Below, piece by piece: positions 9,276 through 19,163 of a stretch of 64,000 nucleotides of DNA; positions within the stretch are counted from its first letter, which is position 1; every line of letters begins with the position of its first letter. The stretch spans positions 2,253 through 66,252 of the forward strand of contig JAHIVV010000012.1 in assembly GCA_018816525.1 (NCBI GenBank), read 5' to 3'. The notes under the pieces were generated by a model, which was given only the letters and a program-made list of their open reading frames with translations, was not told where the DNA came from and searched no databases. The stretch comes from Elusimicrobiota bacterium (GTDB taxonomy: Bacteria > Elusimicrobiota > Endomicrobiia > CG1-02-37-114 > XYA2-FULL-39-19). Made by a program: the position numbers and the translations under genes.

Positions 9276-10039
9276 TAAAAAAACTTATATTTGTTATTTC
9301 TGTGCTCTTGTTGTCCTATCTAACTGCTTTTTCGGCAGAGGATATCTCAAAAGCCGTGAATGATTTATTTGTTCAGGCAAATAAGGCTTATGAACAGAAC
9401 AACTATGACCAGGCCATAGCTTTATACGAAAATGCGCTGGGCCGGTACAAAATCAACAATGACTCAATCTACTACAACCTGGGCAATTGCTATTACAGGA
9501 CCAATAAAATAGGCAAAGCTGTTCTGAACTATGAGCTTGCGCTGAAAATCAATCCGCGGGATGAAGATGCCAGGTATAACCTTAATTATATCAGGACGCT
9601 TATAAAAGATATCCAGGATACAAATTTCATTGACAAATTATATCTCCTGCTGACCGCAAATGAATTAGTCCTGATTACTTTATTCGTCAACATTTGTTTC
9701 TTTATATTTCTTTGGTTATTTGTGCATAAGAAGAATCCGGCATTAAAGCCTTATTGTTTATATATAGGAATTGCATTATTGGTGCTAGGTTTTTGGGCTT
9801 ATAATAGGGTAAAGGATGAAAAGAGAGTTTTTGCTGTTGTGATTACAACCCCCTGCGAAGTCCGCAGCGGCCCCGGCAAGGAATATACCGCGGGTTTGTC
9901 TGTCCAGGAAGGCAAGAAAGTTGAAATTTTAAGCCGGCAGGAAGATTGGTTTGCAGCCGGCCTTCATACCGAGAAATACAAAGGCTGGCTGGAAAAAGAA
10001 AAGGTAGAGCTGATCCTGTCAAGCCCTTTAAAAAGGTAA
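9272..10039 (+). CDS. batE: BatE-like TPR/SH3 domain protein
   Basis: TPR repeats, TM segments, C-terminal SH3b-like region (EDWFAAGLHTEKYKGWLEKE). Confidence 0.6.
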   Translation: MIKKLIFVISVLLLSYLTAFSAEDISKAVNDLFVQANKAYEQNNYDQAIALYENALGRYKINNDSIYYNLGNCYYRTNKIGKAVLNYELALKINPRDEDARYNLNYIRTLIKDIQDTNFIDKLYLLLTANELVLITLFVNICFFIFLWLFVHKKNPALKPYCLYIGIALLVLGFWAYNRVKDEKRVFAVVITTPCEVRSGPGKEYTAGLSVQEGKKVEILSRQEDWFAAGLHTEKYKGWLEKEKVELILSSPLKR

Positions 10040-10222
10040 CTTTAGTATGTACATGTCGCGCCATCTAAAATGTAACTTTGGGACATGTGAAATTATTGTT
10101 AATTTTTGATGTTTTTGTAACCAGCTTTAATCCTGGGAAAGCTTGTGTCAGAAAAATGGTTTTAAAGAAGGTTCAATAAGCAGCAACAACTGGATAAAAG
10201 CCCTAGGTGAGAAATAATCCCA

Positions 10223-12283
10223 TTAAAAGTAATACTTTAGCCCGCCGATGAACATAAATGGCAGCATATTCACCTCGGTTCTCTTTGAATAATCTTCATT
10301 ATACGCATACTGGTCAATATTTTTGTTACCGAAAGCATTAATAAACTGAATATATGTTTCCCATTTTTCAGTGAAACCCGGCATGGTTAGTTTTACATCA
10401 AACCTGTGATAATCAGGCGTGCGTTCCGATAGATATTCCGCATATTGCGGTACATAATTTCCGTTTAGATAAAGCGCTCCGGTTATAGGAGTGTAAGGCG
10501 TGCCTGTGGAATACCTGTAAGTTGTCGCAAGTTTCCATTTTTTGCTGAAATCGTAGTTCAATACCAGTGAAAAATTGTGTTTTCTTTCTCCGGAAAAAGG
10601 AAACCAATCATTTACCGGTTCAAGGTAATCAAAAGCGCTTTTCCCGTAAAGCGCAGGGTCGCTTCTTTCCAGGATTTTATCCTCCGCATTTAAATATGAA
10701 TAAGAAATCCAGCCGTCCCATTTTTCGGAAACTTTTCTCTGTAAAAATAAATCCATGCCCGATGCCCTTCTTACCCCGTTATTTGTATATGACATTTGCG
10801 GGTCGCTTACGACTTTGTCATGATAATCTTTAAGATAAAATTCCAACCTGACAAAATAATTTTCAAGAAAATTATGCTCCATGCCTAAAACATAATGTAT
10901 GGTTTTTTCTGATTTTATTTCTGTATTTTTAAACAGGGCAGAACCGTTAACCGGAAACTTCGTATATAATCCGGTGTTGAATTTTAGCGTGGTATCTTTT
11001 GTAATCATTAAACTCAACCCGCTTCTGGGCGAAAATGTAGTGTCGTCGGTACGGTTTAAATGCGAAATCGTTGCGCCGACATTCAGGTTAAGCAAATCCT
11101 GTTTCAGCGTTATATCGTCCTGAAGGTAGAAAACGCTGATTGTTACAGGAACCCAGTCATAAATAGTTGTACTTGTATGAACAATATAAGTGCCATCGGG
11201 CATAAACGTCCTGTATTTTGATGTATAGTAAACATAGAGCGAAAGATCAAAGACACCCAATCCCTGCTCAATATCATGAATCCCTGTTTTATATTCCGCC
11301 TTCTGGCTTCCAAAAAGCCACCTCTCATTCCCGATAGAATGAAAAGAAAAATTTGTTCCTGAAAGTTTATAATCTGAGGGGCTGTCAGTATAGGCAAAAG
11401 TATAAATTAAGGAAAGTTTGTCGTCAATTATATGGTACCAGTTGAAAGAAGGCATTATTTTTGTTGCGCGGTAATGGAAAAATCCTGAAAAATCGCCGGC
11501 TGAAATTTCTTCGCCTAACTCAAAATCCATCCCTTCATAGGAAGCAAGAAAATTTACAGAGAGTTTATTGAATTGGTCTTTTTCCCAGGTGAATTTACCC
11601 TGCGAATCATAAAAAAAAGGGAAAATTGTGTTTGTGTTGGTTGAAAAAGCATTTGCAAAAAGGTCGTATTGCGTCCTTCTTACGCCGAAAATATAAGATG
11701 ATTTATATTTTTCAACAGGCCCCTGGATAAACCCTTCTATTGTTGCCGCGGACAGCTCAAAAAAGCCGCTGGTTTTCTCGTAATTACCTTCCTTGTTTTT
11801 TACATCAAGCACGCCGGAGAGCGCTTCCGGATATTTTGCCGGAAACCCGCCTGAGTAAAAATCCACTGATTCAATGAATGAAGGATTGAATATGCTTTGG
11901 TTGCCTCCCCAGATGTAAGGGTTTGCTACCAGCACGTTGTCTATAAATCCGAGTGTCTCATAGGAGTTTCCCCCGCGGATATACATAAGAGAAGAAAAAT
12001 CGTTACCCGTGACAACGCCGGGCAGTGTCTGGACAACTTTCAGTGAATCAGAAAAAAGGTGTGTTGTGGCTTTATTTATCTGTTCTGCTTTTACTTTTTG
12101 TTTTGAGCCGGTAGTTTTTTTCGGGGGAGTGTACGTTATCTCCATTTTGATTTCCGAAAACGAATTTGAAGTGATTGTGCTGATAATTGCCCCGGTGACG
12201 GCAGGATTTTGCGCAGTTTCCCGGGCTAATGCGGCCGTATAAAAAAATAGAAAAAGAAAGACTGTAAAAAAAGTGTTTTTCAT
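10223..12283 (-). CDS. TonB-dependent outer-membrane receptor
   Basis: Signal peptide, plug-domain motifs (MYIRGGNSYETLGFIDNVLVANPYIWGG), long beta-barrel region rich in aromatic/Gly residues, C-terminal ...GGLKYYF. Confidence 0.7.
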   Translation of the reverse strand: MKNTFFTVFLFLFFYTAALARETAQNPAVTGAIISTITSNSFSEIKMEITYTPPKKTTGSKQKVKAEQINKATTHLFSDSLKVVQTLPGVVTGNDFSSLMYIRGGNSYETLGFIDNVLVANPYIWGGNQSIFNPSFIESVDFYSGGFPAKYPEALSGVLDVKNKEGNYEKTSGFFELSAATIEGFIQGPVEKYKSSYIFGVRRTQYDLFANAFSTNTNTIFPFFYDSQGKFTWEKDQFNKLSVNFLASYEGMDFELGEEISAGDFSGFFHYRATKIMPSFNWYHIIDDKLSLIYTFAYTDSPSDYKLSGTNFSFHSIGNERWLFGSQKAEYKTGIHDIEQGLGVFDLSLYVYYTSKYRTFMPDGTYIVHTSTTIYDWVPVTISVFYLQDDITLKQDLLNLNVGATISHLNRTDDTTFSPRSGLSLMITKDTTLKFNTGLYTKFPVNGSALFKNTEIKSEKTIHYVLGMEHNFLENYFVRLEFYLKDYHDKVVSDPQMSYTNNGVRRASGMDLFLQRKVSEKWDGWISYSYLNAEDKILERSDPALYGKSAFDYLEPVNDWFPFSGERKHNFSLVLNYDFSKKWKLATTYRYSTGTPYTPITGALYLNGNYVPQYAEYLSERTPDYHRFDVKLTMPGFTEKWETYIQFINAFGNKNIDQYAYNEDYSKRTEVNMLPFMFIGGLKYYF

Positions 12284-12368
12284 TTAGATTTACATTTTAA
12301 GAATATTATTATACCGTATAAACGTGAAAAAAACAAATTTTATACCAATACCCTCTTAATCGGCTTGC

Positions 12369-12397
12369 TTGACAAAACGGTGTCAGAGTTGTAAAAT
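12369..12397 (+). promoter_or_regulatory. sigma70-type promoter of the ferredoxin/por operon
   Basis: TTGACA (12369-12374), 17-nt spacer, TAAAAT (12392-12397), about 100 nt upstream of the ferredoxin ATG. Confidence 0.5.
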
Positions 12398-12494
12398 GTG
12401 TGCATTAGTTCCTACAAATAAATCAAATTCCTGCCATTAGCAAAGCAATTAACGCAACAAACAGGACAGGATACATTTTACAGGAGGGTTTTTC

Positions 12495-12680
12495 ATGAAA
12501 GTATCAGTTGATAAGGATTTGTGTACAGGCTGTAATCTTTGTGTGGACGATTGCCCGGATGTTTTTGAAATGTCCGGTGATTTTGCAATAGTCAAGGTTG
12601 ATTTAATGCCTCAAAATTTGGAAACCAAAGTGAAGGAAGCCGCAGATAATTGCCCGGTTGAAGCGATAAAAGTGTCGTAA
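12495..12680 (+). CDS. small ferredoxin
   Basis: CTGCNLCVDDCP ... CPVEAIKV cluster motifs. First gene of the por operon. Confidence 0.8.
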   Translation: MKVSVDKDLCTGCNLCVDDCPDVFEMSGDFAIVKVDLMPQNLETKVKEAADNCPVEAIKVS

Positions 12681-12701
12681 AAAGAAAGAGAGGTATTTCA
12701 C

Positions 12702-13280
12702 TTGAAAAAACAAATTATTGAAATCAGATTACACGGCCGCGGCGGCCAGGGAGCTAAAACAGCCGCAGATTTGCTTGCTCTAACAGCCCTGGAAGCTGGT
12801 AAGCACATACAGTCGTTCCCAGAATATGGGCCGGAACGCGCTGGTGCGCCGATAAAAGCATTTGTCCGTATCAGCGACAAACCAATAGGCCTTCATTGCT
12901 CGGTTGTAAACCCGGATATCGTTGCGGTAATTGACCCGACGCTCCTGGGGATCAACCCTCCGGTAACAGAAGGTTTGACCAATGAAGGGATCCTGCTTGT
13001 AAATACCGATGAAAGCCCGGCAGACGTAAGAAAAAAACTCAATTTTAAAGAAGGCACAGTTTATACAGTTGACGCAACAAAAATTGCCCTGGAAGAAACA
13101 GGCATTTCTTTGCCTAATACCCCGATGCTGGGGGCAATTATCAAGGCAACGGGAATTGTTACAGTTGACGATTTAAAAAACCAGGTAAAGAAAAAACTCG
13201 GAAAAAAACTCAGCCCTGAAAAAATGGAAGGCAATTTCAGGGCTATTGACAGAGCTTATAACTCGATAACCAAAGGCTAA
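12702..13280 (+). CDS. porG: pyruvate:ferredoxin oxidoreductase gamma subunit
   Basis: IRLHGRGGQGAKTAADLLA N-terminus typical of 2-oxoacid:ferredoxin oxidoreductase gamma subunits. Confidence 0.85.
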   Translation: MKKQIIEIRLHGRGGQGAKTAADLLALTALEAGKHIQSFPEYGPERAGAPIKAFVRISDKPIGLHCSVVNPDIVAVIDPTLLGINPPVTEGLTNEGILLVNTDESPADVRKKLNFKEGTVYTVDATKIALEETGISLPNTPMLGAIIKATGIVTVDDLKNQVKKKLGKKLSPEKMEGNFRAIDRAYNSITKG

Positions 13281-13305
13281 TTTAAGGATTTAAAGGATCA
13301 TAAAA

Positions 13306-13581
13306 ATGGAACTAAAAAACTCAAGAGAAATACCGATAGGCGGCAAGATAACTGAAGCAGGAAACGCCGAGGAATACAATACGGGCGATTGGAGAACGTT
13401 TAAACCCGTTATTGACCAGAGCAAATGCACGAATTGTCTTTTTTGCTGGATGTATTGCCCGGATTCTTCAATCCTGATAAAGGATGCAAAAGTGACAGGA
13501 GTAGACTACAAACATTGTAAAGGGTGTGGAATTTGCGCTGAAGTATGCCCCAGAAAATGTATAAAAATGGAAAAAGGATAA
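13306..13581 (+). CDS. porD: pyruvate:ferredoxin oxidoreductase delta subunit (2x[4Fe-4S])
   Basis: CTNCLFCWMYCP and CKGCGICAEVCP motifs. Confidence 0.85.
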   Translation: MELKNSREIPIGGKITEAGNAEEYNTGDWRTFKPVIDQSKCTNCLFCWMYCPDSSILIKDAKVTGVDYKHCKGCGICAEVCPRKCIKMEKG

Positions 13582-13610
13582 AAATATCATAGGTATTTAA
13601 GAGGAAAAAA

Positions 13611-14792
13611 ATGAAAATATTACCATTAACAGGAGACCAGGCAGCAGCGGAATCAATGAGGCAGATTAACCCGGATGTTGTCGCTGCATATCCCATTACG
13701 CCTCAAACAGAAATTGTTATGGTTTTTTCACAAATGGCTGCAAACGGCCTTGTGGACACGGAATTAATCCCGGTAGAAAGCGAACATTCTGCCATGAGCG
13801 CCTGTGTAGGATCATCTGCAAGCGGCGTTCGCACGATGACAGCCACTTCTTCACAAGGACTGGCATTAATGTGGGAAATACTTTACATTGCCGCTGGTTT
13901 ACGGCTTCCTATTGTAATGCATACCGTAAACAGGGCGCTTTCGGCTCCTATCAACATTCACGGCGATCATTCAGACGGCATGGGCGCAAGAGACAGCGGC
14001 TGGATACAGATTTACTGCGAAACAGGGCAGGAAGTTTATGAAATGGGAATTATGGCTATTAGAGTTGCGGAACATTCAGATATACTCCTTCCGATTATGG
14101 TCTGCCAGGACGGTTTCATAACCTCGCACGCAATTGAAGGCGTAAAAATACTTGATGATGCGGATGTAAAAAAATATATCGGCGAATACGTCCCGAAAGA
14201 CCCGCTCCTTGATGTAAATCATCCCGTTACTTACGGGCCGATAGATTTACAGGATTATTATTTCGAGCACAGATACCAGCAGGCAGAAGCTATGAGAACT
14301 GCAAAGAAGAAACTTCCGGAAATATTCGCGGAATTCAATAAGTTTTCTGGAAAAAATTACGATTTTATTGAAAAATATAAAATGGATGACGCAGAAGTTG
14401 CGATTTTTGCGCTTTCTTCAACATGCGGCACCACAAGAGTTGTCATCGACGACTTGCGCGAAAAAGGGATTAAGGTTGGAATGATAAAACTTACCGTTTT
14501 CCGTCCTTTCCCGATGGAAGAAGTTGCGGCAGCATGCAAGAATTTAAAAGCTCTGGCAGTTCTTGACAGGGCTGATTCGTGCGCAGCCCAGGGCGGTCCG
14601 GTATTCAATGATGTTTGTACAGCCATGTACACCCTTCTGGAAAAGAAAATCCCGACACTGAACTACATTTACGGTTTAGGCGGCAGAGATATTGATGAAG
14701 CGCAGATAAAAAACATTATCAATGAAACTCTAGAAGCGGCAAAAACAGGTAAAGTAAAGAAATTAATAAATTATTCAGGGGTGAGAATATAA
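13611..14792 (+). CDS. porA: pyruvate:ferredoxin oxidoreductase alpha subunit
   Basis: 393 aa, PFOR domain I/II-like sequence. Operon context. Confidence 0.85.
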   Translation: MKILPLTGDQAAAESMRQINPDVVAAYPITPQTEIVMVFSQMAANGLVDTELIPVESEHSAMSACVGSSASGVRTMTATSSQGLALMWEILYIAAGLRLPIVMHTVNRALSAPINIHGDHSDGMGARDSGWIQIYCETGQEVYEMGIMAIRVAEHSDILLPIMVCQDGFITSHAIEGVKILDDADVKKYIGEYVPKDPLLDVNHPVTYGPIDLQDYYFEHRYQQAEAMRTAKKKLPEIFAEFNKFSGKNYDFIEKYKMDDAEVAIFALSSTCGTTRVVIDDLREKGIKVGMIKLTVFRPFPMEEVAAACKNLKALAVLDRADSCAAQGGPVFNDVCTAMYTLLEKKIPTLNYIYGLGGRDIDEAQIKNIINETLEAAKTGKVKKLINYSGVRI

Positions 14793-15739
14793 TGGTCAAT
14801 ATAAAAGAATTATCACAGATTCCGGAGAGGCTTACAGGCGGGCATCGCCTTTGCGGCGGTTGCGGCGCAACAATTGCGGTCAGGCAGATTTTGATGGGAA
14901 CAAAAAACCCGGTTGTCGTAGGTTCTGCCACCGGTTGTTTGGAAGTATCAACAACAATTTATCCTTATTCGGCATGGAAGGTGCCTTTTATTCACAACGC
15001 TTTTGAAAACTCAGCGTCAAATATGAGCGGTGTTGAAACGGCATACAAAGCGATGAAGAAAAAAGGTAAAATCAAGGAAGATATTAAATTTTTGGCATTC
15101 GGCGGTGACGGCGGCACTTACGACATCGGTTTGCAGGCGCTCAGCGGAATGCTTGAAAGAGGCCACAATATACTTTATGTATGCTATAACAATGAAGCTT
15201 ACATGAATACAAGCGTCCAAAGAAGCGGCGCAACTCCTTATGGCGCTGATACAACAACATCTCCTGCAGGTAAAATCAAAGCCGGTAAAGACCGGATTAG
15301 AAAAGACCTTACTTCCATAGTAGCCGCGCATCATGTTCCATACGCAGCTCAGGCAACAATTTCCAACTGGAAAGACCTTGTTACAAAAGCGGAAAAAGCA
15401 TTTTCAACCGAAGGCCCTACGTTTATTAATGTGCTGGCGCCATGTTTCAGAGGCTGGAGATACCCGGCTGAAAAAACCGTTGAAATGTCAAAGCTTGCCG
15501 TCGAAACAGGTTACTGGCCTTTAATTGAAGTTGAAAACGGAGTTTGGAAATTTACATACAAACCGTCAGTAAGAAAACCCATAGCTGATTTTTTAAAGCC
15601 GCAGAGAAGGTTCGAGCACCTTTTCCAGGACAAGAACAAACACCTTTTAGATAAAATCCAGGAGCAGGTTGATGAACACTGGGCTTATCTTGAAAGGCTT
15701 ACGTCCGTTTCCTGTCTCGGAGAAGCGCCAGCTGTATGA
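14792..15739 (+). CDS. porB: pyruvate:ferredoxin oxidoreductase beta subunit (TPP-binding)
   Basis: GCGATIAVRQ Cys motif and TPP-binding GGDGGTYDIG motif. Confidence 0.9.
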   Translation: MVNIKELSQIPERLTGGHRLCGGCGATIAVRQILMGTKNPVVVGSATGCLEVSTTIYPYSAWKVPFIHNAFENSASNMSGVETAYKAMKKKGKIKEDIKFLAFGGDGGTYDIGLQALSGMLERGHNILYVCYNNEAYMNTSVQRSGATPYGADTTTSPAGKIKAGKDRIRKDLTSIVAAHHVPYAAQATISNWKDLVTKAEKAFSTEGPTFINVLAPCFRGWRYPAEKTVEMSKLAVETGYWPLIEVENGVWKFTYKPSVRKPIADFLKPQRRFEHLFQDKNKHLLDKIQEQVDEHWAYLERLTSVSCLGEAPAV

Positions 15740-16320
15740 AGCTGCTTGCAATTTACGGTAGTCCTAGAAAAGACGGCAATTCAGATATTTTATTGGATGA
15801 AGCCTGGAAGGGCGCTGGGATTACCGCAGAAAAAGTTTATATCCGGGATTTAGATATAAAACCCTGTACCGGGTGCAGGTCATGTGATTCGACAGGCAAA
15901 TGTATAATTTCGGATGACATGGCGCAATTGTATAAAAAAATTGAGGAGGCAGATAGAATAATTCTATCGTCTCCTATTTTTTTCTACGGCTTGCCGGGGA
16001 AATTAAAAGGAATGGCGGACCGCGCCCAATGTTACTGGGTGAGAAAATATAAACTTAAATCAGGCCAGCCCAGGGCTGGGAAATTTGACAGAAAGCTTGG
16101 TTCATTTATTTGTGTAGGAGCCACCGCAGGCGAAAAATTATTTGACGGGGTAAAACTCACGGTCAAATATTTTTATGATGTTTTCAATATAGAGTATTTT
16201 TCAGAGCTTTTAGTAAGAAAAGTAGACAACAAAGGGGATATTTTAGCTACCAATTCCCCGAAAGAAGCGCAAGAGCTTGGCAGAAAACTTTGTGAACCCG
16301 TCCATCCTTCCCATTCCTAA
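15736..16320 (+). CDS. NADPH-dependent FMN reductase-like iron-sulfur flavoprotein
   Basis: Flavodoxin-like N-terminus MKLLAIYGSPRKDGNS plus Cys cluster CTGCRSCDSTGKC (Isf-like). Confidence 0.7.
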   Translation: MKLLAIYGSPRKDGNSDILLDEAWKGAGITAEKVYIRDLDIKPCTGCRSCDSTGKCIISDDMAQLYKKIEEADRIILSSPIFFYGLPGKLKGMADRAQCYWVRKYKLKSGQPRAGKFDRKLGSFICVGATAGEKLFDGVKLTVKYFYDVFNIEYFSELLVRKVDNKGDILATNSPKEAQELGRKLCEPVHPSHS

Positions 16321-16376
16321 CTGGCTATAAATTTCAGAAGAGTTGGGCGAATCTTTTGTCCAGGCAGTGCATCTAA

Positions 16377-16886
16377 ATGAATGAAGATAAATTAGAAAAA
16401 AATACAGGCCAAAACGTAACAAGCCTTCAATTAGCTTCATCAGATGAAGAACTGGTTGAAAAGGCGCAAAATGGCGATAAACTTGCTTTTGAACAGCTTG
16501 TTATCAGGTATGAAAATAAGATTTATAATCTGATACTTCATTTGACGGGCAACCGTACTGTCGCAAAAGATATTTTACAGGAAACCTTTATCCAAGTATA
16601 CCGTTCTTTGAAGAATTTTAAGAGTAAATCAAAATTTTCAACCTGGCTTTATAAAATAACCGTGAATTACTGTTTGATGCATAGAAGAAAGAAAAAGATG
16701 ACAGTTTCGCTTGACGACTATTTAAAGACAGATAAAGACGAAATGCCCAGCCAGATAGCAGATTGGGCGGATATTCATACTTTAACAAAGACGGTTTCTT
16801 TGTGCAGAAGCATTGAAGTTGAAGAGGTGTCAGAAGAGGTGCATGAGGAATTTTGGCAGATAATAAGGATAGAAATAAGAAAATAA
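16377..16886 (+). CDS. ECF sigma-factor-like protein with region 2 only (no recognisable region 4 HTH)
   Basis: Sigma2 region (AFEQLVIRYENKIYNLILHLTGNRTVAKDILQETFIQVYRSL ... WLYKITVNYCLMHRRKK). C-terminal 60 aa are acidic and lack an HTH. Confidence 0.5.
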   Translation: MNEDKLEKNTGQNVTSLQLASSDEELVEKAQNGDKLAFEQLVIRYENKIYNLILHLTGNRTVAKDILQETFIQVYRSLKNFKSKSKFSTWLYKITVNYCLMHRRKKKMTVSLDDYLKTDKDEMPSQIADWADIHTLTKTVSLCRSIEVEEVSEEVHEEFWQIIRIEIRK

Positions 16887-16902
16887 ATTTGGGGGGTATA
16901 CT

Positions 16903-17223
16903 ATGTCCGAAGTGATCTTAAACGAACAAAATTTCAAGCCGGAAGTTTTAGACGCAAAAGGTATTGTGTTGGTGGATTTTTGGGCGGAATGGTGCGGGCC
17001 CTGCAAGATGATGTTTCCCGTTATTGAAGAACTTGCCAAAGAGTACGCAGGCAAGGCAAAAATCTGCAAGCTTAATGTTGATGAAAACCAGGAAATTGCT
17101 TCCCGGCATAGCGTTATGGCTATCCCAACCATAATCATATTCAAAGACGGCAAGCCGATGGAACGCGTTGTTGGTGCCCAGCAAAAAAAAGCCCTAGTAG
17201 AACGAATAAACTCCCTTCTTTAA
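16903..17223 (+). CDS. trxA: thioredoxin
   Basis: WAEWCGPCKMM active site, 106 aa. Confidence 0.9.
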   Translation: MSEVILNEQNFKPEVLDAKGIVLVDFWAEWCGPCKMMFPVIEELAKEYAGKAKICKLNVDENQEIASRHSVMAIPTIIIFKDGKPMERVVGAQQKKALVERINSLL

Positions 17224-18899
17224 TGTTCTAATTTCAGGGTGATTGTGGTTATATCCGCAACACTGGCGGGGCCGAAGTACTGAATAGGCCCGGGGAAAAT
17301 ATAACTTTCAGTGGCCGCCCAGTTTTCCCTGTTGTTTTGCAGGGTTTTAAAAGGCTTTCCGTTAAGGTCAACCAGCGCTTTTTGAATAACCGGTTTCTCT
17401 TTTCCTTTCCTTCTCTCAATATTCATCATCATAGTCAATGGCACGCCTCCGCACTCCCATTGGCTGGCAGGCTTGGTAAGCTTTCTTACTGATGAAAGAT
17501 ATCCTGTAAGCCCGTTCAGAGCAAGCACAGCCGCATTATAGCCCAGCGCATAAGTATAATTTGAATCAAAATTCGACGGCGCTCCGCAGCGCCCTTCATA
17601 ACCAAAGAAATGATTAATCGTTGAAAACTTGCCTGCATAAGCTCCTTCTTTTTTTAATGCTGAAAGCCTTGCTTTTACCATGCTAATAAGAAGCTTTTCA
17701 GTTTCAATCTGAGAAACCTGCACATTGCCGTGAGGGTCCCTGTCCAGCATCAACTGGGACGAAATACTATCCGGTAATGATTTCATTAGTTTAGAAAGCT
17801 TCTCGGGTAGTTTCGAACATACGAATATTTTTTTTTCCTCTAAAGATACCAGGCCATTTAACTGGGATTCATTATCAGCCAGAGTGTCATTCAAGGCTGA
17901 AATAAGTTCCTTCATTTCCGGAATAAATTCAATCAGCCCTTCAGGAACAAGCACCACGCCGAAATTCTTTTTAACTTCTGCGCGTTTAGCAACTATTCCG
18001 GCTATTGAATCAACCAGCTGGGAAAGCGTTAGATTATTTTCACGGACTTCTTCACCAATAAGACAGATGTTTGGCTGGGTTTTCAAACCTACTTCTAGCG
18101 CGATGTGGGAAGCGCTCCTGCCCATCAGGCGTATGAAATGCCAATATTTTCTAGCTGAGTTTACATCTCGGCAAATATTGCTTGTAAGTTCTGCGTAAAT
18201 TTTTGTGGCAGTATCAAACCCGAACGATGCTTCAATATGCTCATTTTTGAGGTCTCCGTCAATCGTTTTAGGAACTCCGATAACGCTGGTATTGAGGCCT
18301 TCTTTTTTAAAATATTCAGCAAGAAGCGCTGCATTAGTGTTTGAATCGTCGCCGCCAATTACAACAAGCGCGTCAATTTTGTTATCAATCAGCGTTTTCT
18401 TTGTTTGTTCAAGTTGTTCCGGAGTTTCTATTTTCGTTCTTCCGGACTGGATAATGTCAAAACCACCGGTGTTCCTGTAATCAGCAAGAAAGGGCGCGGT
18501 TATTTCCTTGAATTTGTTTTCTAAGATACCAGAAGGCCCTCCCAGGAAACCGATAAGTTTGTTTTTTTGATTTGCTTTTTTCAGGCTGTCAAAAAGGCCG
18601 GCTATTACATTGTGTCCGCCGGGTGCCTGTCCGCCGGAAAGCACAACTCCGATACTAACTGTTTTTTTTGCTATAGCAGGATTTTTACCTTTTACAAAAG
18701 CAACTACCGGCATGCCATAAGTATGAGGAAATAGCTTATTTACTGTTTCCTGGTCAGAAATGCTTTGGGTTGGTTTGCCTGATTTTGGTTTTACAGATAC
18801 GGGCCCGCCTTTTAAAGCTGATGGAAGCACGGGTTTAAATTTAAGCCTTTCAATTTGTAATTCAGAAATCTTTTGTTTAGCCATAGGACTCCTCTCCAC
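17220..18899 (-). CDS. pfp: pyrophosphate-dependent 6-phosphofructokinase (long form)
   Basis: 559 aa PFK-family sequence with GGDDS and PKTIDGD motifs, long N- and C-terminal extensions typical of PPi-PFK. Confidence 0.8.
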   Translation of the reverse strand: MERSPMAKQKISELQIERLKFKPVLPSALKGGPVSVKPKSGKPTQSISDQETVNKLFPHTYGMPVVAFVKGKNPAIAKKTVSIGVVLSGGQAPGGHNVIAGLFDSLKKANQKNKLIGFLGGPSGILENKFKEITAPFLADYRNTGGFDIIQSGRTKIETPEQLEQTKKTLIDNKIDALVVIGGDDSNTNAALLAEYFKKEGLNTSVIGVPKTIDGDLKNEHIEASFGFDTATKIYAELTSNICRDVNSARKYWHFIRLMGRSASHIALEVGLKTQPNICLIGEEVRENNLTLSQLVDSIAGIVAKRAEVKKNFGVVLVPEGLIEFIPEMKELISALNDTLADNESQLNGLVSLEEKKIFVCSKLPEKLSKLMKSLPDSISSQLMLDRDPHGNVQVSQIETEKLLISMVKARLSALKKEGAYAGKFSTINHFFGYEGRCGAPSNFDSNYTYALGYNAAVLALNGLTGYLSSVRKLTKPASQWECGGVPLTMMMNIERRKGKEKPVIQKALVDLNGKPFKTLQNNRENWAATESYIFPGPIQYFGPASVADITTITLKLEH

Positions 18900-18949
18900 C
18901 CGGCTATGTTCTCAAGCAGGGCTGTTTTTGTTTAATTACAATACCATTA

Positions 18950-19135
18950 TACCAAAATATTTTTTACTTTTTCTAATACCCGTTCTATATCAAAAGGCTT
19001 GGTTACATAATCAGTTGTATCGGGCCCAAGTGCCTTGTCAATAGCACCCGCAAGATTCTTTTGCAGCTTACAATTAAAATGGGTATTAAAACGGCAAGAG
19101 AAAATAAGGCGAGGATTTTTACTCTTAAAGAATGT
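18950..19135 (-). pseudogene. remnant of a CheY-like response-regulator receiver domain (C-terminal alpha4-beta5-alpha5 only)
   Basis: Minus-strand frame reads ...KLQKNLAGAIDKALGPDTTDYVTKPFDIERVLEKVKNILV* (stop at 18947-18949), carrying the receiver hallmark DY(V)TKPF. Only about 62 codons are open before an upstream stop, with no start codon; a full receiver needs about 115 aa. Confidence 0.4.
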
Positions 19136-19163
19136 TTAAATTTCACCCAGCCCTCTACTTAGG

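Noticed and set aside
18760-19044. 94-aa plus-strand ORF in the pfp / synthase intergenic region
   Set aside because: Opposite strand of the response-regulator remnant, no SD, hydrophobic low-information product. Judged spurious.
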